A stretch of 64,000 bases of DNA from positions 21,251,665 through 21,315,664 of the forward strand of contig CM119269.1 in assembly GCA_051294375.1 (NCBI GenBank). The letters are read 5' to 3'. This stretch comes from Paraspadella gotoi (taxonomy: Eukaryota; Animalia; Chaetognatha). Every line of letters begins with the position of its first letter. Positions within the stretch are counted from its first letter, which is position 1. The translations under genes and the position numbers were made by a program. Under the pieces are notes generated by a model, which was not told the DNA's origin, searched no databases, and worked only from the letters and a program-made list of their open reading frames with translations. Positions 51,920-64,000 of the stretch are shown in pieces.

Positions 51920-53835
51920 ATGTTCCCTCAGCGACTTTTCTTTCTTTTTCTTTCCACATTTTCGTTTTTTTCGTCGACGTTTTCGGCGAAACCCGAGGAC
52001 GTCGTCGTTTGCGTCTTCGATCCACCGCGAGAGCGCCGTCTCTTCGTTGGCGGCGTCGCGAGCATTGGGGCAACCCTCGACCGCGCCGCCCTGGACGTTC
52101 AATCTCTTGTCGTCGAGGCGCTGAGAAATGTCGAGGTCAAAAGCGACGACGACGACGACGACGACGAAAACGCGATCGACGTCGTCGTCAGGAAAATCAG
52201 CGTCACCAAGGAAAAAGGGCAAAACGGCCTTTACAAGCGGCTCGTATGGAGTTGAAGGACGAGGTGTGAGCTGAGTCGCGAAGAAGAGGATAACGTATGA
52301 AGCATGAATCTTCTAATCTCCTCATCGCTTTCACGAGACAAAACAACAAAGGTCGACGAAAGAACTGCGACGTGATTATTGGGGTCGATTCGACGAGGAG
52401 CGGCGGACCATACGTTAGCAGCAAGACGCCGACGTGCGTCTACATCGCGGCTAAGATATTTCAGACGCCATAAAGGATATCATAATCCCTTTATCATAGT
52501 AATATCAACTATCTCTATTCATTTATACACTTTCACAATGCTCCACAACAGATACAAATTCAACGATTTATATTGTGTTCGGCGATATTCTCAATCCAGT
52601 TTGACATAAGACGTCCAAGTTTTGNNNNNNNNNNNNNNNNNNNNNNNNNNNNNNNNNNNNNNNNNNNNNNNNNNNNNNNNNNNNNNNNNNNNNNNNNNNN
52701 NNNNNNNNNNNNNNNNNNNNNNNNNNNNNNNNNNNNNNNNNNNNNNNNNNNNNNNNNNNNNNNNNNNNNNNNNNNNNNNNNNNNNNNNNNNNNNNNNNNN
52801 NNNNNNNNNNNNNNNNNNNNNNNNNNNNNNNNNNNNNNNNNNNNNNNNNNNNNNNNNNNNNNNNNNNNNNNNNNNNNNNNNNNNNNNNNNNNNNNNNNNN
52901 NNNNNNNNNNNNNNNNNNNNNNNNNNNNNNNNNNNNNNNNNNNNNNNNNNNNNNNNNNNNNNNNNNNNNNNNNNNNNNNNNNNNNNNNNNNNNNNNNNNN
53001 NNNNNNNNNNNNNNNNNNNNNNNNNNNNNNNNNNNNNNNNNNNNNNNNNNNNNNNNNNNNNNNNNNNNNNNNNNNNNNNNNNNNNNNNNNNNNNNNNNNN
53101 NNNNNNNNNNNNNNNNNNNNNNNNNNNNNNNNNNNNNNNNNNNNNNNNNNNNNNNNNNNNNNNNNNNNNNNNNNNNNNNNNNNNNNNNNNNNNNNNNNNN
53201 NNNNNNNNNNNNNNNNNNNNNNNNNNNNNNNNNNNNNNNNNNNNNNNNNNNNNNNNNNNNNNNNNNNNNNNNNNNNNNNNNNNNNNNNNNNNNNNNNNNN
53301 NNNNNNNNNNNNNNNNNNNNNNNNNNNNNNNNNNNNNNNNNNNNNNNNNNNNNTCAGATGAACTGAAAAAAGTAAGAGGCCAAAGAGAGAGGGTTTAATA
53401 AATGAAGTTCTGTGCAATGAACTGAAATAAGAGCAACAGAGATCAGGCTTTAATAAATGAATTGTGAATTGTGCAATGAACTGAAAATTAAGAGGCAAAG
53501 AGAGAATGAATGAACTGAAGACGCAGAATCGCAATGAATTTCTTTTAGTTAAGCTAAGAAAGGTGTTAAAACTTAAAATACTACAGTTAAATGCTTAAAG
53601 TTTTAGTTTAATTCTCAAAAATAAGAACTAGTTTCACGCGTTTCCGCAGCAAATCGGGGTCCGCAACTTTATCGTGTGGACGAACCGTTGGATGTGCTCC
53701 TCCATCCTTCGCGCGTCCTTGGCGATGACGATGCACACCCCGGCCTACTCGTGGATCATCGCCGAGATCAATGGTGTCGTGGGTTTGTCTCAGCTTTTGC
53801 GTCAAAGCGACGCCAATGTCACCACCTTTCAATAT

Positions 53836-53871
<36 letters not shown>

Positions 53872-56800
53872 TTGACCCTCGCCAATCCCCAACCTCTCAT
53901 CGCCCCACCTCTGGCCGTCTGGGCTGCCGACGCCGCAGCGCTCATACGTTTTCGCGTCTTTCACTTCCGACGTCTTGGATTTGACTCATCATCGTCGCGC
54001 CGGGAAAGCCTTCGCCGCGCTTTCCGCGATGACGGAGACGTGGAAGGCGTCGCGGCTGGGAAGAGTGGCGTCGTCAGAATGAGCGCCGGGCGACGATCGG
54101 GATTTCGGGTGGACGTCTTTGGAAATTCGACGCGGTTCTTGAAGAGAGCCAAATTGGCCGAGTGGTCATCGGGGAAAAGTAAGAAGACGTTGAAATTTGT
54201 TCCGCGTTGTGATGTGAATATCAAAATCACTTAGAATCACCATAGAAATGCGAATAATCCACTTCAACGCTTACTTAGCTTTTTTTTATATTTTACTTGT
54301 TAAAAGACGGCGTCCCTTCGCAACTCGTATTCGTGTCGGACGCCAAAAACCAGCGCGACTGGAATTCCGCGCCGCTTCGAATCGTCACCCTCAACGAGCC
54401 TCCTTTTCTCTGCTGCGGAGACAGCTGCAGAGACTGCGATACGTCAAAGGTGAATTTCAATTATCTTTTCGTTTGCTCATTACGGGGAGAGGTAAGTCTT
54501 TGAAACCAAGACCAAGATTTCTTCCACGACCCGCATCCGCTCTTCCAGCCTCTCGACGCCTCCAACACGACGGGCTACTTGGTGGATCTTCTCTCCGGAA
54601 TCCGTGACGTTATCGGGAAGAACTTCTCCTATTCGTTGAACTTCGTTACGGACGGAAAATACGGACGGCGGGGCGAAGACGGGGAATGGAACGGTGCCAT
54701 CGGTCAAGTTATCGACAATGAGGCGGACCTCATTCTCGCTAATATCGGTGAGATTCTCAGAGAGATGAGAATGATTGTCTTTTGTTTTAATATTTGAATA
54801 TTTATTTATTTAGTTCTTTCTTTAGTTTATAATTTATAGTTTACTCCTCTTCTCTTCTTTCTCTCTCTCTTCTTTCTTCATCTCTTCTTCTCTCTTCTCG
54901 CTTCTCTCTCTCTCTCGTCTCTCTCTCTCCCCCTCTCCCCCCCTCTCCAAGCCATCACCACGGAGCGCGAGGAGGCGATGGACTTCACTTCGCCCTTCTT
55001 CGCCGACGGCCTCAACATCCTCAGCGTCTTGGAGGAAGAGAAGCCACACCTCTTCGAGTTCCTCAATCCCTTCGCCATCGACGTCTGGATGGTCATCATC
55101 GGCTGCATCGTCGTCCTCGGCGTCGCGCTTTACTTCCTCGACAAATCGGAGGAGGAAGGGGAGGAAGAAGGCGAGGGGGTTGGGGAAGGAGGAGGGGGGA
55201 AAGGAAGAAGGCGAGGCGGGTTGGGGAAGGAGGGGGGGAAAGGAAGAAGGCGAGGGGTTGGGGAAGGAGAGGGGAGGAAAGGAAGAGGACGTGGGTTGGA
55301 GTGGCAGAAGGGAAGAAGGCGAGGCGGGTTGGGGAAGGAGGGGGAGGAAAGGAAGAGGACGTGTGAGTGGCAGAAGGGAAGAAGGCGAGATGGAGGGAAG
55401 AAGGGAAGAAAGAGAAGTGAAGATGAGGGTTAAATTATAGTATGAAATTGGTACAACCAATATAAAATTATCCATTCATTTAATAAATAAGCTATCTTGC
55501 CCCTGACTTTGGACAGGCTTTGGTGGTTTAAGGCCTCCATCACTCTTACAAGATAATGACATAGCAGGTCCCTGCAAGCTTTCAATCAAGACTCTCTCAC
55601 AGTCTCGTTTATTCACTCCCAGAGTACCTGGCTTCCCTATCAATGAAGTGAAAAATATTTCAAAGAATGTTTCAATTGTATGAAAAGACCACTCCCTTAA
55701 GTATTAGATCGGGGAATACTTATTGTACTCCGCACTAGCATCAAAATACAAGGAGCTGAATTTTATGAAATTGGTACAACCAATATAAAAATTATCCATT
55801 CATTTAATAAATAAGCTATCTTGCCCCTGACTTTGGACAGGCTTTGGTGGTTTAAGGCCTCCATCACTCTTACATATATAAAAAAAAACTCCCGATCGGT
55901 CCAAAGGTCACACTCTGTTCGAGAGCATCTGGTTCATCTTTGCGGCAATGGTCAAAGGCGGAACTGAGTCCGTACCGCAAACGACGCCAGCCAGGTGATA
56001 AGGTTGATCTCGAAGCGACGTGTGATTGCGCTTGTCATTCTTTCTATCTTTCATTCTCTTTCCAGACTCTTGACGTCGTTTTGGTGGTTCGTCTCAATGA
56101 CTTTTCTGGCGTCTTACACTGCGAAGTTGGCGGCACTTTTGACGATGCAGCATCTCTCGTCGCCTTTCCAGAACATTCACGAGCTCGTCGGGCAATCATC
56201 CTTTAAGTACGGAACAATCGAGGACTCCGCCGTTCACCAGTTCTTTCAGGTGAGGTTCTATCAGCCGTCGTCACTATGTTCGACGTAGTACATGTAAAAT
56301 GGTCATTGCTTAAAGTCTTATTCATCTTAATATAATTTGCATATTAGTGTACTTTTAAAGAAATAAGTAAAATAGAAGAAAACAGTAACTGACAAAACAT
56401 GAATCCGCAAAGTTTAAATAAGCAGCACTATCTAGCGGAAAAATAGAAAAAATACATATTCTCGCATGTTTACGATACGTTTAAACCTAGGGTAAGACTA
56501 TTAAACTATTGTATGGTTGTCATAAGATAGAAATAGATTGAAAAAAAATCCGTCTCTCAATCCAAGGACAATGATGTCTTCCACAACGCCATGGGACAAA
56601 TGACCAAATGGAACCGCAACGATTCAATTTTTGTGTCATCAGAGTCGGAGGCGGTTACGCGCGTGCGCCGCGGCGACTACGCATTTATTTGGTGCGAAAT
56701 GGATTAAGATTGACGATATTGACGAGCTTTGATTACTTACTTAAAAGATAGCTCGTAGTTTATATTGTAATATATTGTATAAATAATAAATTGTAAGGTT

Positions 56801-57426
56801 ACACAAAACGTAAATTTATAGTTAAAATAAATTGGATACAGGTCGGCCTCCATCAATAAGTACCTCGTCGGGAGAAAAGAGAACTGCGATCTCGTCGTTA
56901 TCGGCGACTCCTTCGCCAAAAGAAGCTACGGCATCGGCCTCAGGGCAGGTGCCAGTTACAGGTGCAGACCTGGAGCGGAAAGTTCTTGACACGTAATATT
57001 GATTAGCATTAATTGACTCTTCAGGCACGACTTTTCTTTGGCCATCCTTCGCCTAAAGGTGCGCGATCAAGCTTTTCTGTCTCTTTTATCACGATTGATG
57101 ACACTGTCATATTACTGTATCAGGAACAGGGCTTTCTTCACGACATCGAATACAAATGGTTTCATCACAAATCCGAATGCCCAACGGAAACCGAAGGCAC
57201 AGAACAGATGACACTGGAACATCTTAAGGTCTATTGCCCGAGAGACACTAGTTCATAATGACATTAAAACTAAAATAAAGATTTATAATGTTTTAAAACG
57301 TTGTTTTATTCATTCCAACTCTACAGGGTGTGTTCGTTATTCTCTTTATCGGAGTCGGCATTTGCTTCACTTTGTTCGTCTTCGAAAAAATTCACTCGAT
57401 ATTCATAGATGCGCGAAAATCGAACG

Positions 57427-57476
<50 letters not shown>

Positions 57477-58099
57477 GCCGACTTCAACGGCGTTTCTGGA
57501 TCGAAGGGAGGGGATCGAATGATAAGACGCGAAAAAGGTTTGAAGGGAATTTCAAATTACTTTTGGAAATTAATTAACTGTTGCACATTGAGTAGCGGAA
57601 AACTCCAAAGTCTACATGATCCACCAAATTGTTTTCTGTATATATTTATCGCTCGAACATCTCTGCAGCGACGCCACCTAAGGCGCCGTCGACTCTAGGA
57701 ACGCCGCGTCCGACAACTAGAAACCCGGCGTCGCGTCAACGCTGGTCCTGGGATTCTGACGAGGACGACGACGCCATTTTCGAGACGAGCTTTTTTCCCA
57801 GCGGAAATCGCGGCGTCGGCGGCGTCGGCGGCGTAGGCGGCGGCGAAGACAAGATGGCGGACTCTGGCATCGGGAATGGGAGCCCGTTCGGAACGCCTCC
57901 GCCGCCAAAAACCGAAGCCTGCGATGCTAAATTCAACGGTGTCTCGCCCAAGGGGACGGGTTCGTCGTGGGCCACATCTCTGGCGTTGGCGGCGTCGCTT
58001 GCACGAGCAGGCTCGACGAGCGCGGGTCGACCGGCAGCGGCGACGTCTTCGAGAGACACGCCCACCGCATTTTCCTTCATTAAAAATACAAACGTTTGA
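51920..58099 (+). CDS. Divergent ionotropic glutamate receptor family subunit (non-NMDA, delta-like ligand-binding features); ATD partly in the N gap
   Basis: Signal peptide; S1 LRIVTLNEPPF...TGYLVDLL...VTDGKYG...GEWNGAIGQVIDNEADLILANIAITTEREEAMDFTSPF; M1 FEFLNPFAIDVW; M2 SIWFIFAAMVKGG; M3 FWWFVSMTFLASYTAKLAALLT; S2 KYGTIEDSAVHQFF, GDYAFIW, NCDLVVIGDSFAKRSYGIGL, KWF; M4 LKGVFVILFIG; C-terminal TNV (class I PDZ ligand). Splice phases are consistent. Confidence 0.93.
52625..53353. other. Assembly gap (Ns) inside the iGluR ATD region
   Basis: Run of N. Confidence 1.
55441..55874. repeat. Two near-identical 110 bp direct repeats (55441-55550, 55764-55874) around a 213 bp spacer, in an iGluR intron
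   Basis: tatgaaattggtacaacc...catcactcttaca occurs twice, differing by one A in a homopolymer. Confidence 0.85.
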
Positions 58100-58813
58100 G
58101 GATCGAATCGTTCGAAAAAAATGTCTATTAAATCTGGCCGAATACAATGATTGTAATGCTTTGAATTTCATTTATACAAATTGCGTACATACACTATAGA
58201 CAGAAACCTAGTTTTGACGTATCTTGGATGCTGTCAATTTTGTACTGTGAGGATCAATAATATGCCCGTTTTTCTAATGTTAAACATACGTACAATGTAT
58301 TTAACAATCTTAAATTCGTTTTGATATTGAAATAGATACAGATACAGATACTTTAAAAAGAAAAACTATTAATCATAATTAACAATATTGTCCAATAAAA
58401 TGAAAAGATGCTGTCAAAAGTAATATATCATAAATAAATAACTCACATGTCACTATTTCACTACTATGAAATTTGTAATGTTGGGAATCGAACCAGACAT
58501 ACAAAAAAAAGGCAGATTTAGAAGTTAGATTAAGGCCCGAATGGCTAATGGTAATAATACACATAAACATTGAAAAAAAGTGCCTGGATTTTTTGTTCCA
58601 TAGTTACACATGATGTAGCCAAAAACGTATGACTTTTTCGTTAAAAATAATATCTGAACATCCTTACTTGTTAAAGATGTATGAAATGAATTATTTTGTT
58701 AAGAAAATTCATAATGACGGCACTAAATGAAGAAGATAACAGTTAAATAGGGCTCGTGTTTTAATTATTACACGATTTAAAAATAATTACGCATACATCC
58801 AAGAAAATAATTA

Positions 58814-59046
58814 TGTAATTTTAGCGCCACACAACAGGACAAATTACCGATTGTTATTTGCTAGTTTCAGAACTTCGGATCAGACTGTATTCCGCCACTA
58901 CAGGTGGGTTAGACGTCCCGTCCCACTTACTAGCATCGACACCAATGGGGCGCGAACCCAAGACCGCTTGATGAATTCCCGTTCTGAGGCCACCAGGGGT
59001 GGGCTGATGGACTCTGGCGGGTGGGGATAGTGAATGTGTTGCCACA
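58814..59046 (-). mobile_element. Diverged solo LTR of the tRNA-containing mini-LTR family
   Basis: Minus strand tgtggcaac...gggttcgcgcc...aagtgggacgggacgtctaacccacctgtag...tacagtctgatccgaagttc...aattaca; compare LTR aagagggacgggccgcttaacccgcctgtaac...tacagcctgatccgaagctc. TG...CA ends, ~233 bp like the full LTRs. TSD not clean. Confidence 0.65.
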
Positions 59047-59313
59047 TAATGAAATATTTCTTGCACAGTCAAGTTCTGGTTCGGTTAGAACTGAAACCGA
59101 AAGGCCGGATCTTTCAAGAGCTGCAAGAGTTGAGTCTCGGAGCGACGACGACGCCGGGGCTGAGAGACGCCATCCCGATCACGAGTCGATCAACAGTTTT
59201 CTCGAAACGAGCTCGATGGGCTTCGGCTTCTGCTTCTTCGCTGCGGAGAAATCGAGGAATTCGTTAATTGTTTAATTAGTTAATTAGTTAGATATATATA
59301 TGTTTTCTTCGAC

Positions 59314-60862
59314 TCACAGCAGTTGTCTCCGCTTCATCCGACGCCTCCTCTCATCGCAGCAATTTCCCTTCTCGCAGCCTCTTCCCTCTTTCCCGCGTTT
59401 CCCGCACTTTCCTTCCCTCGTGCATCTCTTTCTCCCCACGCACTTTCCTGCGTCGCAGCAGGCGCCTTCCGCCGAGCATTTGTCCTCGACGCAGTACTTT
59501 CCCTTCTCGCAGCACATGGACTCCCCGTGGCACCTTCCGTCCCCGAAGCAGCCGCCCCTGCGACACCGACGGCCGGAGACCAGAAACGCGGCGACCGCCT
59601 GACGACGCTCGTACTCGATCTCCTGCCGCAGCTGCAGCTTCTGCAAGCTGCGCCGCTGCTCGTAGGACATTTCGACTTCGAGCTCGGGAATGACGGGGAG
59701 GAGGCGACACACCTTCCAGGAATTGCGGAGCCAAAAGCGGCGATACCTTTTCGATCTGCGAGGCTTGTCGGGATCTGAACGAAAACGTTTCATATACTAC
59801 TAAACGTAGCATTAACTAACATAGGTTTTATATTATTTTTATTTCATCGTTTTTGTTTTATTTTATATTTTTATTATTTCGACTATTTTTTTTTTATTAA
59901 AATATCGACTACTTGAAAGCTTTTGTTCCGAGACAACTATTACCATATTTTATAGCGAAGAAATCCCTTTTGTTTTTTGGTTCCGTCGCTGTCGTCGTCG
60001 TCGTCGCTCCGGTCGAGCGATTTCGATCCACGATTTTCGGTTGCCTCTCGAGATTCCCATTGTCCGCTGAGGATCTCGTTCTTGACCGCGTGTCCTTCAC
60101 GTCTCTTACCCTCCAGTTCGATATTTTCGTCTTCGTCGTCGTCGTCGTCGTATTGGCGGGAGTGGATATCGTCTTGGGCGTTGTGGCCTTTGTGGTCGAG
60201 CTCGTCCTCGTGGTTGTGCTTATCGTCGTTGTCGTGGTGGTTAAAGTTGAGAGGGTCATCGTGGTCATCGCTGTGGTCGCTATTGTGGTCATCGTCGTGG
60301 TCGTCGTCGCGTTTACCGTCGTGGACAGATGATTCGACTCCAGCTTCCAATTCCCATCAAATTTTTATTTTTAAATTAATTTCGGAACTTTCGCTTTTAC
60401 CCTCGTCCAGTTTTTGGCCAGCGTGAGGCCAGTTTGTGGCCAGGGTGTGGGTCCAAGAAAAAACGTTTTCACGTCGAGAATACACAGTAAATGAGAAATG
60501 TCTCTTTTTGTCAAGATATTGCATACAATTTTTTTTTTTTGATGGATTGATTACCACCGGTCGGTTAGAGTTGGCATGAGATGTTTACTTTCTGCGGCGG
60601 ATGAGAAACAAATTGAGAGAGCCTCGGGTTTTATTTCTGTGAGGAGATGAACAGCGGCTGGCTGCCGCTGGCTCGTAACCCTAATACTCGGTACAATCAG
60701 CAAAGGATCCTCGGCGGCAATGTCGTCGTCGTCGTCGTCGTCATCGCCATCGTCGTCTTTCTTTTGGTGCATCGAATGAACAGAAAATTTAGGGTAAAAA
60801 CGCGAAACCTGTTTTGTTTCGTCTGGCTTTCGGAGAGAGAGAGAGAGAGGAGAGAGAGAGAT

Positions 60863-60894
<32 letters not shown>

Positions 60895-61682
60895 CTAGAA
60901 AGAGAGCTTCTGAATAGACGAATTCTGGATGAATTCGCAGTTTAATTATAGGCCGAGTTTCGACCAAATTGGGTTATTAGGAGTAATTTAGGGACAAATT
61001 GATTTCACACTTGTCAATGTCAATGTGTCGGAGAACTTAGCTAATGGGCTAGGGAATAAAGGCGAATAAAGGTTATTCCACGCAGCTATCAAAAACTCCG
61101 GGTCCAGTGCCTCTAAAGTTTGTTTAAGGGCATTGTCAAAGGCATTTCCAACGATGTTCTAAATGTTCAATACTTAATCCGAATGTTAGCAAAAAACTTT
61201 TGATGCTATGTATACAAATTATATTTTTTCTACATTCAAGTTAAAACTCGGTAATTAAAACTAATCAAACTAACTAACCAACCAACTTATAACTAACCTC
61301 GCCGTTTGTTTTTACAAAATTCTGCGAAGCTCAGCGACATCTTTCAAATAAGCCAAAAAACATTCATGAGAAAGAAAAACAAAAGATAATTTCTTTTTTC
61401 AAAAAGAGTTAAAAGATTTTGTTACGTCGTTAAGTTAAAAGTTATAAAATTTTAGGAAGAAAAAAAAAATCGAACTTATTCATCCAAAACTCTGAACCTC
61501 AGAATCTCCGTTTAGTAGGCTGGATGGAAGTTCGTTCTGAAATTCTTTCCAGATCAAGAAAATCGAATTAAAAGATGTTCGCTCACGTCTCCATTTGCAG
61601 GCATGCGGTCTCGCGCAAACGTTGTCTTCGTCGTCGCCGTCGTATTTTCCCTCGGTGTGGTTTTTGTCGTCGCTTTCGTCAT
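59314..61682 (-). CDS. Putative proprotein: Asp/His-rich region with basic cleavage-like sites and a C-terminal Cys-rich (neurophysin-like?) region; exons approx. 61682-61586, ~60.8-59944, 59796-59319
   Basis: ORFs 59940-60350 (GKR, GKRR, H/D-rich) and 59314-59793 (RRSKRYRR; CFGDGRCHGESMCCEKGKYCVEDKCSAEGACCDAGKCVGRKRC). Joining them needs one homopolymer correction. The 5' end and signal peptide were not found. Confidence 0.5.
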
Positions 61683-62625
61683 CTTAGTTTTCATCACTGA
61701 CAATGTAATATAATACAGAGTTTGGATTTGAATCTTACCCCCCTAATTGATCATCCCACACGCACAATTGTTTTGCAAAATTGTTTTACAAAATTACAAA
61801 ATTTACAAAATTACAAAATAGCTGACTTAAGCTAAACATGTCGTAAAATGACCAATCAAATAATAAGTACAAATTATCTCAGGAAATAATAATTTTTCTA
61901 ATGCAGGTAAGTTTTAAGTCCGAACCCTGTACATTGTACAAAGCTCGATAACGTTCAAATACTCTTTCATATATTGAATAAACATTGATGTCTAAATCCT
62001 CGTAGAATGATCTCTTTAAATCACGATATGTTAGCTACGTAGTGAACCGAATAAAAAGAAGGAAAAGAAAGAAAAAATGAAAAAAGAATCGGAACAGAGA
62101 AAAAAAAAAGGAAACTGGGAGCTAATTCTATGGAATCCTCGACTTTGGGGCGAAAATCCGATTTGATAACAAATGGGATTCTCTTTTAACGAGTTGGCGC
62201 ACGATCGTCACGTGATTCGCGCGCACGTGACCTTTTTTTTATCTTCAGTCTGCACTCTATTCACGACGACGTCTCTTCTCGAGTTGCCATTCTTGTCTCG
62301 TTGCCATTTCACCATGTCCTTGTACCCTCTATTCAACGTATTCTTCTCTCTTTACTATATTTTTCACAATGTAAACAGCGCTCTTTTTCTCTTGGTAGAA
62401 GTTATTGCTTTAGAGTCATCGAATATTTGATGCGAAGACATAATGTTGAAGAGTAACATCGCTTTATGAGATTAACACATATATTTTTTTAAAAAGAGCA
62501 AAATATTTCGGTTAATATTGCTTAACCATAATTAATTTGCAGTATGAGAGTGAAATGAGAAAAGAAACTCACTAAGAAATTTTTGGCAAAACGCGAGATG
62601 AGAGAAAGAGAGAGAGGAGAGAGAG

Positions 62626-62704
<79 letters not shown>

Positions 62705-62979
62705 AAGAGAGAGAGAGAGAAAGGAAACTCGAATTCGACCTACACGTCCGTGAAAGTCTTAAAATACGTCGTCAAGGAACAGAACCTGGAAAAGGACATA
62801 ACGATTACCTCTCAGAATATGCTAAAACTCACGCGAGGAATCTGCTACTTCAGAAGCTTAAAGACGACTAAAGAGGGGGTTCTTTTTTTTTTCTTTTCTT
62901 GAAATTCTGGTCTCCTTACTTGACATTTAAATTTTTCCCTCATTGGCTCTCTTTGACTCTTTCTCTCTCTCCTCTCTCT

Positions 62980-63078
<99 letters not shown>

Positions 63079-63769
63079 CTCTCTCCTCTCCATTCTCTCT
63101 CTCTCTCTCTCTCTCCGTTTGCCAAAATTTCTTTTCTCATTTCGCTCCCTTACAGCAAATGAATTATGGTTAAGCAACATTAGCCGAGGTGGTCGAGACC
63201 AGAGGACCTCTCTTAAAGATCCACCGAGTAACGACTGAGACGAGAAACCTTTATAGCACGTTGAACCTGACCTATGCCAATTTATAATTCAACAATCGTA
63301 AATTAAAAAAAAAAGTTAACATTAACCTGTCACGACGCTGTTCACGATGACTGTACATCCCGTACTCCCACTTTCGTCAATTAGTTTCTCGTTTCTTTTA
63401 ATTTGATTTCTACGTATCTAATCGTATCTATGTATCCGTAATCTATAATTCCATATAGTATATAGTATTATAGTATATATAAATTTTTCTACGCCCCCAG
63501 TCCCCTGCATCCCTTCACGGTTTATATTGAGGCGGCGTTCTCCTTCACCCCAGCCGAAGAGAGAGAGAAGGCAAAGGGAATAAGCCCGTCGGTTCCCAAC
63601 TAATCTTCCTCGCAACCCTTTCAAACTAAAATCCCTTCTTTTCATCCCCGAGCATTAGTAGATTACTATTTTTACTTTTTGTCTCTCATACTTTTTTTTT
63701 TACATTTTTTAAAAATATTTTCTCTTACGAGCTTGCTTTTTTTCATTCTTAGTTTGTTTTTAACTTTTT

Positions 63770-63853
<84 letters not shown>

Positions 63854-63881
63854 TTTTTCTTTCTTTCTTTCTTTCTTTCTT
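63770..63881. repeat. (TTTC)n microsatellite; long (AG)n/(CT)n tracts also at e.g. 204-284, 15501-15645, 17005-17090, 62960-63115
   Basis: Directly visible. Confidence 0.95.
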
Positions 63882-64000
63882 GTTTTTTCTTTGATCTTTT
63901 TTTAATTTTATTCTTCTTATTTTTTTCTTTAATCTTTTATTTTTTCTAATGAGAGAACTTGTAGAAGATGAAGAATGAGTCAACAATGCAAGCATCTCAG

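Noticed and set aside
52560-53534. Long ORFs of X residues
   Set aside because: Artefacts of the N gap.

Overview
Eukaryotic (invertebrate animal-type) genomic DNA: AT-rich short introns full of (AG)n, GC-rich exons with (TCG/GAC)n runs. It appears to come from a partly unpolished long-read assembly (homopolymer frameshifts; N gaps at 31377-31401, 42764-42788, 52625-53353). Spliced genes reconstructed by eye: the 3' end of KIF9 (+), a TMEM229B-like gene (+), AGBL4/CCP6 (-), a small orphan gene with an N-acylation motif (+), an anosmin-1/KAL1-like gene (-), an uncharacterised low-complexity gene (+), a divergent ionotropic glutamate receptor (+) and a Cys-rich proprotein-like gene (-). About 20.8-31.4 kb is repeated at 31.4-42.0 kb and partly again at 42.8-46.2 kb, most likely as alternative haplotypes or gap-fill rather than a real duplication. 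Most interesting signals: (1) a family of miniature LTR retroelements whose LTRs contain a tRNA-like Pol III promoter, with one complete ~660 bp element (PBS, PPT) and several diverged solo LTRs; (2) an iGluR with Lys at the Q/R/N site, SYTAKLAA in the gate and no alpha-amino-binding acidic residue; (3) a 3.3 kb TIR/TSD-bounded insertion carrying spliced cargo exons that is absent from the other copy of the locus; (4) Penelope-type minimal hammerhead motifs; (5) frequent AAG/GAG splice acceptors. All alignments were made by eye; no searches were run.
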